Of a stretch of 52,572 nucleotides of DNA, positions 11,601 to 23,708 are shown piece after piece (the stretch's first letter is position 1; every line of letters starts with the position of its first letter). The stretch is from Catajapyx aquilonaris. Lineage: Eukaryota. The notes beneath the pieces are model-generated. The model saw nothing but the letters and a program-made list of their open reading frames with translations, was not told the DNA's origin and searched no databases. The stretch spans positions 1 to 52,572 of the forward strand of contig KZ538705.1 in the NCBI GenBank assembly GCA_000934665.2, written 5' to 3'. The position numbers and the translations under genes were made by a program.

Positions 11601-13628
11601 CAGGAAGTGCATTTAGCACGATGGATGTAGTGCAGGTGTTACATATGCAAATGAATATTGGTCTGACTGTTCGTGCAGCCAGATCACGAAATGTCCATAA
11701 CAATAGCGCTTTTGCTTCCTAGAAACTAATCCGCTAAGGAAATCTGCCCTGAGAGTAACTAAACTGCCGCAACTTCCCCGCTGTGAGAGAAAATAATTTC
11801 CTTGACAACAACAATTATTGGTGAACTGACCCATTCCATTTCGTGGTAAAAGAGCTTCTGGTGTTCCTGGTGATTGAACTCCTTGGTGCCAATGCTGAGT
11901 ATGACCTGACTAGAATCGTCTCGGTATTGCAGTTTTGACTTCTCACCACTCTTATTGCACTGGATTTGCAAAGGAACCAGTCCCTTCGTCAGTTTCTGTA
12001 AAGTAAACAAAAATTAATTTGCATGTTTTTTTTAAAAAAATCAATCTTACTACTTCACCTTTATAACCCCATGGGTGTCAACTCGGAAGTTGAAGTCTCC
12101 AAATATGAAGAACGGCAGATTGTCATATTCATCTGAGTGAAACCTGTCTAATGCGTACTGCAGTGCGCGTCTTCTGTTGTTACTGTACATGGAAGGAAAC
12201 TGAAAAGAAAACAGATCAGTCGTAGCATAAAGCATATTTTAAAAGGACATAAAAGACATTTAACAACTATTTACTTTATTTTTAAAAACCTAGCATTATC
12301 CATCACAATGAAATGATTTCACCTCATTTTTAAAATTACTTGGTAATATCTCAGTAATCCAGATATCCCATCATGATAAGTCACTTATGTGTCATTCTGT
12401 ATGTAAATTTCAACATTTTAAAAATCAATTTTTGAGAAAAGTATGGCTGTTGCAATCGCATGCTATGTACAAAGTTACATCACGATCTGTGGAGGTTGGA
12501 TCAAAAAATATTTTTTAATGATCGGTTTTTGGCGTGTAAGGACTTAACCGAGCGGATGCGGAAGAGGTTGGAGCATCTGGAAATCCCCAGGGGCATGCAT
12601 CAAGCTATGCAATCCCTTCCTTATTGATAACGTCTTAATAATATCTCGAGCTTCACGCACCGCTTCCATCGCCATGAAGTTCGAAGCATCATGAAACAAG
12701 TGAATGTTGATGAGGTCAAACTCTGTTCCCTTTATTCGCCAACGGGTCCTCAGGAATCCCTTTCTTGACCACTTGCACTGTTGGAAAAGACGGAAAGTTT
12801 ATTCACACCACTTGCTCATTGAAGTGATAAGGTTTTCATGTATAGCAAATACCTCTGGGAAGAAGTCTTGCGGGAACTTTGACTTTTCCTTTGTGGTCAC
12901 ATCTTCAATATTTCCAGAGTGGACCTCCTTTCCAGTCACATCCACATACTCTTGAGATTTAAAATCCCAGATCTGAATGTCTGATATGGATTCATGGATG
13001 AAGTAGAAGTTGCCCAGAGCCTGCCAACACAATCAATGCAGAGTAATTATTATTAGTGTTAATTAACCGCAAATCGGAAAGACGCCTACTCACTGTAAAC
13101 TTTTCAGCAGAAGTAAAGTCTTCGTCCAGAAATACCCGTACTTTATCAAAAGCTCTCAGTTCATTACTGGCCATTAGTAACCTTAAAGAGATAATCACAC
13201 CTCCGTAAGTGAAAATGACTCTGCAAGGACAAGGAAACGTGGCTTCACATACCTAACAAAGTCTTCCACGTGCTTCATACTGTGCTCGTAATTTTTCCCT
13301 CCAACTTCCTGGCAGTGAAGCGCAATGAAAAGCGGCTGCAAGGTCGTCACCGTCTAATTAAAAGAGACACGAGGTCCGACATTAATAAGATAACCATGAC
13401 CAAACAATCCAATGAGCCAACATCTGCCGCATACTTACAGTTAAAAACTCTAGAGTCCATTGCTTAAGCATTAATGCAGGCTGGGGAAGGGAAGGACAAT
13501 TGCAGCAATTAGAGCCAATTATATGATTGGCCTTATATAACAAGGCTGGAAATAGAACTCACCTCTTCAAAAATAGATCCAACATTTGCAGTTATGAACA
13601 GCACGGGGACATTTTCTCTGGCTGCCAT
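8631..13628 (-). CDS. INPP5A: Type I inositol 1,4,5-trisphosphate 5-phosphatase; exons 13563..13628, 13439..13480, 13253..13353, 13094..13181, 12853..13020, 12661..12777, 12059..12199, 11831..11995, 10688..10873, 10449..10508, 8631..9257
   Basis: Motifs ITANVGSIFE, LHCQEVGGKNY, ALGNFYFIHES, KWSRKGFLRTRW, INIHLFHDASN, FGDFNFR, PPSYPF, CPAWCDRI, CMGDHKPV and a C-terminal CaaX (CCVVL); consistent GT-AG junctions. Confidence 0.95.
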
Positions 13629-15201
13629 CCTTTTTTTTGTTGTTTTCCTTCAGATCTTTCTTCCTTGTGGCGCTCACTGCACTTTAGCAACACCTGAAAC
13701 AAGTCAGGAAGTTTAGCTTCATGTAACGTCGCTATCTTATTTTTATTTAAAAAAAAAAAGTGCTGGCTTCCTGTGAAGCTATCACCCAGGAAGTGATTGA
13801 CACATAATCTGCCGTAATATTTTTTTTTGCGTAACCCACCCACACGCACCAATCGGCATCAGCTTTGCGAGCTAGGTGATTTGAAACTGGTCGGCAGCAA
13901 AAAAGGATGGCTCACTTGACACTGACATCCATTAGGATGTGAATGGAGGAGGAGGAGATCAATAATAAGCGATTGGCAGATTGGAACTAACACAATAGTT
14001 CCCTGACCATATTGCAAATGATTATTGCCAATTGAGAGATGCAATCCCATTTGATCAATAAAATCAATACGTGAATGCAGCGTGATGAGTGAGTTATGCA
14101 ACTTGTACCCACATTTGTTTGGTGTTTAAATGTCATTGCGACGTGTGGAAAAGTTGTGTCAAGGACTCCCAAAGTGCCAGAGGTCAATTAGCATTTACAC
14201 TTGTCAAAGCAAAACTTCCATTGTGATCCAATTGATTCAGCCGTTTCGTACTGAAAGCATTGTGGAAACTGGCGCGTTAGGCAACATCATTGTCAATAGA
14301 AGCCGGCTTGTTCTTTTTAAAAAGCGATGCACTTCCTTAACCTCCATTTGCCAATTAGCAAGTTACGAAACAATCTGTTACACAAGTTCACTTGCGTCAG
14401 TTGCAGGTTTAAAAGGGAATGAGAACTTCCATCAAACGTGCCACTAGAGCCGGCCATTTAAAGGCTGCTTTTAATATTCTCAAACAGCCGTCATTGTCAG
14501 CCATGACACACCGCTTGAAATGGACTGGAATTAACCAGAACAGGGTTCCGGCAGATAATATTAAAATGGCCATACTGTTCCCTTCACGATAACTCGTTTC
14601 AGATACTGGTAATATCTGGGTCAATTTCAGTAATGTATTCGTAGAGAACACATGCGCCTGGCAGTTGGGCAAAGGCGTCAGAGCACACGTTATGTCACTT
14701 TAATACATGCCATGTCTAATTATTACCAAGCAAGCTCACTCTCCTTTTGAAAACTGAAATTCAGGTGATCTGCAATAAGCCGCTAATCCACAGTCACACA
14801 TTTCGTAACCGCCAAAAATCATTACATGTCACATGTTGCATCAACTCTCACGCAGCTCAGGTTGATTACGGCCGGTATTTTATGTGACATGTTTTCAATG
14901 AACCTTTTCAGTTCCAATTCCGGGAGAGGCAGTCGATGCAGATATAAATAGCAGAGGCTCAAGCACTGAACTACTTCCACACACATCAATTGGTTTAAAT
15001 AAATCAAGGCCTTTGACATACTACAGCTAACGCCAACAAATCCTGCATTGTAAACCGGTTCAACCCGCAACAATACGGCCCAATTGATCAGTAGCCACAT
15101 GTCAACAAATTTGCACAACACTCCAAAGCTTATCTCTGCTGTTCCGCCAACAATTCCAAAGATTAATCAATACATTAGCTCTTCCGGAACACCGGTCACT
15201 G

Positions 15202-15780
15202 GTACACCAGTGTTCTATTCGCCAGTGTTCCCACTATGTACACCGGTGTTCTATTCGCCAGTGTTCCCACTATGTACAACGGTGTTCTATTCGCCAGTAT
15301 TGCCACTATGTACTGGTGTTCTATTCGCCAGTATTGCCACTATGTACACCGGTGTTCTATTCGCCAGTGTTCCCACTATGTACAATGGTGTTCTATTCCC
15401 CAGTATTGCCACTATGTACAACGGTGTTCTATTCGCCAGTGTTCCCACTATGTACAATGGTGTTCTATTCACCAGTATTGCCACTATGTACACCGGTGTT
15501 CTATTTTCCAGTGTTCCCACTATGTACAATGGTGTTCTATTCACCAGTATTGCCACTATGTACACCGGTGTTCTATTTTCCAGTGTTCCCACTATGTACA
15601 ATGGTGTTCTATTCACCAGTATTGCCACCATGTACCGGTGTTCTATTCACCAGCATTGCCAACGGAACACTGGCGCTTCAACCAGTCAGTGTCACCAACA
15701 GCACACCGGCGATTCCGTTCACCAGTCAGTGTAGCCACTGCGTACACCAGGTATTCCGTTCACCAGCGGTGCCAACAGCA
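15202..15780. repeat. 36-bp minisatellite with two alternating unit variants, degenerating at the right end
   Basis: Unit GTGTTCTATTCGCCAG(TGTTCC/TATTGC)CACTATGTACA(C/A)(C/T)G repeated head to tail about 12-13 times, plus decayed copies. It produces the 12-aa-periodic ORFs in the track. Confidence 0.95.
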
Positions 15781-16191
15781 CACAATAGAACAATAATAAT
15801 GTTCAAGCGCACCTGTATGTAATACACCTGTACGTAATGCAATATTCCACCTGTACGTTCCCCAGTATGGTCTACCCATCCCATGAACTCACATCTGGTC
15901 CACCTGATTCACGTCAACTGCAGGGCTGCCATCGTCCGCCCCCTTTCCTTGTCTTGCCCCGGGGCCGCACCTGCGCTTCGTTGACCCCTCTGACCCCGCC
16001 TTTTTTAACTTCCCTTCTTGGGGCGGGAGGGGCCCCCTTCTAATGTATGTTGTTCCTAAGATTGTTTTAAAAATAAATTCCCTGTGTATGTGCGGCCCCG
16101 TTACACACACGTACAGAGAGTAAAGTGTTCGGTTCAACTCGCGCCTGCTTCACTTCTTTTTTTGCACAGCCCCCCCCCCCCCCCCCCCCCC

Positions 16192-16199
16192 NNNNNNNN
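16192..16199. other. Assembly gap after poly-C
   Basis: Run of N. Confidence 0.99.
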
Positions 16200-16649
16200 C
16201 ATCGTCACACTTGTAACACCCTCCCTGACCCCCCCCTCCTTCACTAGAGGGGGGAGACAGACGTCATTAGCACCGAATAAAACCTGGCGAATCCACACTG
16301 GATTTAGTAACTACCAGATGGAACTCTAATGGCCGTCAGGTTTTACTGTCGCAATATGGGCCGGGTTATAACGAGCCGATTTTAGAACCGAGATTAATCT
16401 GGGTTTAATTAAGGACGCGCGAAATTAGAACCAGTTCTAATCGAACCAGGTTTAAGTCGCTGACCACCTGTGGTCAGAACTAACACAGGGAGTGAGCACC
16501 CACTTGCATTGACCCACGCACAGGGAGTAGGCCCTCAATCCGGTATATCGACCTCTTTTTTTTGTGTTTAGAACAGGTGCAAATTATAGCGAAGAAGTTC
16601 TTCTGTAATTACCAGGGGTTAATTAGTGTAATTGGCCAATTACAGCACG

Positions 16650-18526
16650 ATGTTGGGGTGTCACTTGCTGGTGGTGGTGGTGGCTGCGGGTTTGGCTGCC
16701 TGCTCCGGTGAGGTGATTGACTTGAAGATGACCGAGGTGTTCGTGCTGCCAATCATACCGTCAATGTTCGAATGGAATTCGACAGGTAAATTATGCATAA
16801 TTTGTTGTAATAGCAGGATGTGAACTAACCGCATTGTTGTTGCAGGGAAGCCGGATGACTTTGTGTACCGACCGTCGCTTGCCAACGCGCCGGACCTACC
16901 CTCGTGGGTTCACTACACATACAGCCACAGACACGCATCGGGATTCTTATACGGAGTACCGCCTAACGAGCCGGGAGAAGTACAGGTAATTATCCGTACA
17001 AAAGAGTCCCATGTCATTCGGTTAACATCATTGCTTGTAGCTGGAAGTGATCGGGATGAACCGCCAGAATTACAAGACCGGACGGATGTTCATGGACGTT
17101 GAAATTGAGAAGAGGAAGAATCCGGCGTCGCGCGAGGTCCAGCTGAAGATCGACAACCTTAATTTGGAGGATTTGTTCGATCCGAGGAACCAGACCAAGT
17201 TGATGGATGTGTTCAGGCTTCATTTGTGGAATGAGAGCAAGCATGATCTGTACTTCACGTTTTTGGCATCCGCTATAGATCTGGGGGCTAGGCTTCCACT
17301 GCGATCCACCGAGGGCGAAGGGTGGGTATTGCCGCATTTACGTACACAGTCGGCTATAAGCCGATATTGAAATCGACACATTTTCCAGTGTGGTGATCCG
17401 TTTGGGAAGCCGTGCTGAATTCTCCGAAGCACTTCGTCTCCTGCAGCAAGAAGTGGCTCCGTTACGCAGCCTGATTCCATGTCCGCGTGACTTCAAGCGA
17501 ACTACTGTCGAGCGAGTCTTTCGAGACCGTCATTTCGAGGTAGACTGGTGCAGTTTCAGGCTCATCCCGCCTCCGTCTGATGGCATGGGATCAGGTATGG
17601 TGAGGCCCACCCAGCAGCACCGCCAGCAACACAACAACAACCACAACCACGTGGAACCCAGCTACCAGCCAGTGCAGATTCGAGACAACGTCTGGTACAC
17701 GCTCACTCGAGACGAAGTGCCGCAAAGGAGCTACATGAAGGAGTTTGCGCTCACCATCTTGCTGCCGATGCTGGTCATGCTGATTATGGTGCTTCTGCTG
17801 TCACTCATCCTGTGTTTCCATCATGAGGGAATGTAAGTTCCGATTCACGCACAGCTCGATAATACAGTGCAGAGGGTGATTTAAAAGAATTTCTTCTGCG
17901 ATCACGCCTGTCAGTAGTGACACATTTTGATGTAATTGCAGGAGAGATGCATCTAGCGAGTATTTTGATTCCCTTTTCGATCCTGTTGAACATTACGTGA
18001 GGTATGTGAGTTACTTTCCGCCTGCGATTGTTAATGCATCGTCATGAACATGTCACGACTACTACCACTGCTCTTCTAACTGCATCCAACCTAGCTTCAA
18101 ATTGCATCTGGTGCCACCAATCGCATCAGGCCGTCGTTAAAATTATTTCTTTCCGTGACAGATCCCGCCTGCACCAAGAGACCGGCCCAGTTCAGATGGT
18201 GCAGTACAGCTGCGTACACCGTGCTTCAGATGCCTTGCGGACCCTCTCCTCTCGCAGGGAGCCCTCACCCAGACCTGCGTCCATGGCCACCAACGCAACA
18301 AGCACTGGAGGGTTTGGCACAGGGGCAGACCCAGGGGCGACCTTCCCACGCACCAGCACTCCCAGGAGGTCGGAGGAAAGGACACCTCTCAACAGACCTG
18401 AGCCACCTCCGTACGCAGGATCGCAGAGAAAGTGAGTGCGATACGCCATCGTTACATTCCGAAATCACTAATGCAAACATCTTTTGCAGCGGAAATGCAA
18501 GACGAATGAACTACACTTCGCAGTAG
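16650..18526 (+). CDS. SGCE: Alpha/epsilon sarcoglycan; exons 16650..16785, 16846..16985, 17041..17321, 17389..17832, (17942..18001), 18162..18431, 18490..18526
   Basis: Signal peptide; YRPSLANAPDLPSW..Y...GFLYGVPP cadherin-like domain; ASAIDLGARLPL, EGVVIRLGS, CPRDFK..VDWCSFRL; one TM helix (FALTILLPMLVMLIMVLLLSLILCF); cytoplasmic VQMVQY..LRTLS..RE and PPPY. Confidence 0.9.
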
Positions 18527-18955
18527 GTATTACCGTACAGAGCGTACTACCGTAGTGCAACGTACCATATCCTTCCTAATGCATTTTTCCCCAGTTACCA
18601 AAGAGTTGTCTGTTAGACACTAGTGAGCGTAGAATTGCGCGTATCTTCCAGTGTAATACTCGTGTTAACAAGTGACGTTTTGTAGTCAGATTTCTAGTCA
18701 ATCTCTTTTGAGATTTTCACTGTTTTCTAGTCATACTTTGTACCGTCTTGAAGGTGAAATAAAGCGTGTTGAATGTACGTCTCGTTTTTTCAGTCAACAA
18801 TGGTGTAACCTTGCGTTAATTCAAACGAGTACTTACCTGTTGCGCCAACACCCGGCAGTATCTTGAAGGAATTTCCGTGCAATGATACGAAGGATTGGTG
18901 TGTCTATTATGTTAAAAAAAACGAATCATTAAAATTATGGAAGTGTTTTTTTTAA

Positions 18956-20082
18956 TTATTTTTGCTCTCCACCCTTCTGAACCTTGTCCTTGATGGCTGC
19001 CAGGCTGATCAAAATTGCTTCTTCCGTGCGAATAGTCCTTGACCCTTGACCTGGGCAGGTGTTCAAGTACAGGTCGAACAACAAGGCGGGGTCGTTCACA
19101 GTCAACGCTTCGTCGCATTCCAGCGCATCCTCCAGCCCTTGCAAGCTTCCAAACGCCACAAGGCAGTGCTTAAATGCTGGAAAAGTGACCTCCTTTGCGT
19201 CCGTTCCCCGTTCGGATGTGCCGACTGTCAGGTCGTACCCTCCAGGGAATGGACTTTGCGTGAAGACCGAGTGGAGTGAATCGCAGGTTCGGACTGAGTA
19301 TCCCCAGTACAGGCCATGTGTAGTACGTGGAGCTGACGGCGGCACGACCCGACCTGTGAGTTGACCTGTAAGTTTGACAGTCACGCGTGTCCCTGCGTCG
19401 ATCTGCTTCTTGACCATAATGTTCGACTTCAGGCCGACATCCACGTATGATCCGTCTCGCTCCGAGGACACCACAACTCCTTCTCTGTAAGGTTAACGCA
19501 ACTAGTTTAAATCGAAGCAATTTTGCAATGGTCATACCTGAACGGTGAATGTTCGTCCCTCCGAAGATGGTGCGGGGCATCAAGCGGGTTTAGAACTCCG
19601 GCGAACTGCAGCAGCTTCTGTATGGGAAAGAACTGTTTGCGTAGATACTGCGGACACTCCAGGTACTCCAGGACTTTGGCCATCAGCGCCATGCACTCAG
19701 GCGTCTGGCCGTCCAACCCAACTTGAACCTTATCGTTGTACACAACAACCTCGTCAACGTTGAATATGGCCGCAGCTCTTGCTACCTGCGGACGGAACAG
19801 ATGGAATTTTTATCCCGTTGTTTTTAAGATTACGCCCCCGGTTGTTACCTGTCCGGCCAGGTACGTCTGAAGGTCCCATGTCTGCGCGTTGTCCAAAATG
19901 GAAGCTGGAACCGCGATGCTCAGGGTGTAATTCCTTCCCTTCTCATCATTTCCATTTTCTTCTTCCTCTTGTTCCAACTCATTGTACATGATCAGCTGCT
20001 GGATGGTCCTTTCCTCCCTCATCCTCTTCTTCTCCCATTTCCTCTCGCTCGTGTACCGCTTACGACACTTCGAGGAATTCAT
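18956..20082 (-). CDS. SPOUT1: SPOUT-domain methyltransferase C9orf114/CENP-32; exons 19849..20082, 19538..19785, 18956..19484
   Basis: YTLSIAVPASILDNAQ..LQTYLAGQVARAAAIFNVDEVVV, LEYLECPQYLRK, GVLNPLDAPHH, FREGVV, GLYWGYSVR, GTSERG, NTCPGQGSRTIRTEEA. Confidence 0.95.
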
Positions 20083-20454
20083 CCTGACAAAACCTTCAAA
20101 ACGAAATTGAATCTCCAACGAAAAATTAGGCTCTCAAAATATTAATAATAATGAACAACGTGTTGTTCGAATGACGGCGGCCATATTGGGCTGCGTCCGA
20201 AGCTGCATTCAGTGACTTCCAAGCGTGCTTCCAAGCATGCTTCCAAGGTCATATGGGGGTGCTTATTTCTTTTTAATTAAAGAAAAAGAAGTATAATAAT
20301 TTTTACAATTTAGTCATACAGTAACATTAACATTACATAAAAAATCATCCCGGTTTGATGTACTAATATAATATGAAAGTTAAGGCACTGAATAGAGCTG
20401 CCACATGAGGATAATGACACAAATGAGCATTTTTTTTAAAAAAAAGTGCAATTT

Positions 20455-22194
20455 TTATGCGGTTGTTGACATGTAAAAGTGTTGAATTATTATTGAGACA
20501 AATAGTGTCAGGATTGATGCTGTTGTTGCAGATGTTCCTCCGCAGTATGGTCCTGGAAACAAATGGTTGCGGGTTCAGCGCATTGAATAAATATTGTGCA
20601 ATAATTATTATAACACTAGGGAACAAAATTGAACTTTTTTTTTGGCCCATGTATACATGAATGTGCGATTCCTATTGTGTGTTTTTTTTGCGCTGATTTC
20701 AAATATGTTAACCAAAATATTCCCAGTGTTTGAGTAATCAGCATTATTTATGATAGCAATGTATATAGCACTGATCGACAAAATTGCAATTATTTTGGCG
20801 CATGTACATGAATGTACGATTCATATATAGTACTCTTTGTCCTGATTTCAAATCTGTTAACCAATTGACTCTTTGAGTTATTGGCATTGTTACAGTATCA
20901 TAAGACTTTTAATGTGTATGTTAGAGTCATACACTTTGAAATAAATTTCCGAGTAAGTAATGACTATAAAATAGGTGCTCTTTCAATGTTTTACGGTTTC
21001 AGTGTAATTAATATTAGTGTAAGACCTGGTTTAGTCGAGAAGTACAGCTCCACTGTTGAAGAGGTCCCCACAGTGTTGGTGGCTGTGGCTGTGCAGTAAT
21101 AGGTGCTGTCGCACTGAAGGTTTTGCAGCCAGCATGTGGCACGTGCACCAGGATTGGTTCCATATGGAATGCACTGTTGATTGAATACGGTGCTTCCTCC
21201 TGGAGAAAGTGAGCAGTACACGTTGATTGTTGGGTACCCGCACCAGGTATGCGCCTCTGGCTGGATCCAGGAAATTGTTGCAGCCGTCTCTGTTGAGCGG
21301 TCCAGCTTCAGATTGTTGGGTGGGGCTGGTTCTGTCCATACAAAAAAATAAAAAATTATATGATGTCGTCAAAAGTGAAGACAACTCTTCCTTCCTGTAG
21401 AATTCATCAAGCAATCAAAGAAATTATTCCTATAGTGACTATAGTGACACGAAGTTCGTACTTACCCGGACAATCTGGATAATCTTGAATGCTTCTTTCT
21501 ACTATGGATTTGTGATTCCTTGACTGGAAATAAAAATACATGAAACAACAAAAGTTTCATTGATTGCGGGGGGTCAACACTGCTACACTATACTACAGTA
21601 GTCTAAATGCAAGGGGTGCTTTTTGCATTGTTGCAGAAAAGGTACGCATCTCCTCCGGACTATATAAGGTTCCTTACAAATTTCAAAATATTTTTCATCT
21701 AATTATGTGAATCTTATAGGCGAATCCTTCATGAACTTCAACGGAAATCTTAGGTAAAAAATATTGAGTGTAATTTTGTCAGAATGTCCGACCTTTATTC
21801 GTCAACGATTTGTCTGTCCCTTCATCTCATGCAGATTTTTATTTCCCCTCCGAAATAAAGACATTCATTGTCGCACTTGCTTTACTGACAGTTTTTCTGA
21901 TCGAGGTAGAAAAATAAACCAGATCTTTTTTCGTTTTCAAAGATGTAGCGGAACATGTACAAAAACAAAGTATTTTAACTTCGTGGTTTTGTAGTAGTAT
22001 TGTAACTAAAATTATTTTTTCTGTGACAGAAATGCTAGATTTTTAAAAAATACTATTATTTTCTGTTCTTCCTGAAGAGATTAACTTAATGGCAGGCTTA
22101 CCTCGTCATCAACATAACTGGGATCATTACCACCGACAATAATTATGGTCACTGTAAGAAACCAATAAAGAAATAAGTGAGCAGCTTTTTTCAT
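20455..22194 (-). CDS. Uncharacterised ~184-aa cell-surface protein: signal peptide, one Cys-rich fibronectin type III domain, GPI-signal-like tail; exons 22102..22194, 21466..21523, 21026..21331, 20455..20552
   Basis: Four exons join in frame via GT-AG. N-terminus MKKAAHLFLYWFLTVTIIIVGG; FN3 pattern PAPPNNL..ATISW.QP...LQNLQCDSTYYCTATATNTVGTS...FST on a phase 1-1 exon; tail GPYCGGTSATTASILTLFVSIIIQHFYMSTTA*. The last donor (CAG|gtctta) is weak, and read-through would stop at 20991. An alternative in-frame ATG lies at 22206. Confidence 0.75.
20641..20865. repeat. Diverged direct repeat, two ~70-bp copies 153 bp apart
   Basis: TTTGGC(C/G)CATGTA..CATGAATGT(G/A)CGATTC...CTGATTTCAAAT(A/C)TGTTAACCAA at 20641 and 20794. 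Confidence 0.7.
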
Positions 22195-23489
22195 GGCTGT
22201 TGTCATGCAATTCACTGTGCTATTCCCCTGTACACCCAAACTGTACCTTCCTGATCAAGATTACATTGCTTGCTTGTGATAAGATATAGCACACATTTCT
22301 CATTGCTTCAATGTTGTCAGTTAATTTTGAGAAGCCAAAAAAAAGCAGTTTATCAACTTCATTGCTGCATATAGTATTTTAAAAATAGCAGCATGCCATA
22401 CTGAGCTTTCAGCAGTTTATTCGTATAATATATTTTATACCACAGATCTGTGGTGAAGTCTTCAATATTTTAAAAAGCGAAGTAAGGAAGAAAAAAAAAA
22501 CGATACTAACGAACTTTACCTGCCGCTAATGTCAAGCTGTGAAAGTTAAAAGGTGAAAATAAAGTGGACAACAAAATAATTATTGTTGTTGCAATTTTTG
22601 AAGCTTTGTTTCACATTTATGTTCACTCACGAGCTGTGTGTATATATATAGGACCCAGATAGCTGCTTTAAACTGGAGCATATTCATTTTACAATGCAGA
22701 ACATTTTAAATCCCGAACAAAATAATTACATCATTCACACAGTCCTTCTGCGACTAGTATCACAGTAAATGAACCACCAACAATATTTTAGGCGCTTCAA
22801 AATGCCTGAAATTATTACATTTAAAAAAAACGTAATAAGATGTCTTTTTATTTCCATTAGAATTTCCAAGTACAATTTATCAATATTCAATCAACGAATT
22901 TGGACAGTTAAATAAATTCGATTTCGTCATTATTTTATACTGGATAGAGCATACTGTGTTGACTTTTCAAGCATTTGGAAGGCAATCGCCTTTAAATTAT
23001 TTATTTCCGACAACCTCCGTACTTAATGAGCTAATACCTTGCTCCTAATAATAACTAATAACTAATAATAACTGAATATCGCCTCGAATCGTAATGATAT
23101 GACGAGGTTAATTCGGCTAGATATGAATGCTTTCCTGGTAGTCTTATATTATGGACAAATAAACACCGACATAAAGTTACAGGCACAATATAAGCTATGG
23201 CAAAAAAGAAAAAGTTCCTCCCAAACTTTTTTTTAAACAAATAATATTGGTCCTTGATAAAATCATATTTTACGTAACATTACGGATTGACATTTTTCTT
23301 TCTGTCGATTACATGTACGAGTAATATCACACATACACTTTTAGATAATTGCATGGGTATATATGGATAATGAATGGCATATACACTCTGGCAGCAGCGA
23401 TTCATTAGTGAATGGGCTATAGTGGAAGGCCTTCTTACATAATAATGACGGCTGCTGGTCACACTGGGTAGCCTATAAGACAGGATGAT

Positions 23490-23619
<130 letters not shown>

Positions 23620-23708
23620 CTTCTCATTGGTTTCATTCAAATCATGTGACCATCAGGGGCGTCAATGCGGCCCGGGAAGACCTTCGACCACATCCCAAAG
23701 GAGCGATT

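Noticed and set aside
15084..15822. Long repetitive ORFs in several frames, and a CRISPR-like 36-bp unit length
   Set aside because: The ORFs are a by-product of a stop-poor 36-bp tandem unit. There are no unique spacers, no cas genes, and the context is eukaryotic.
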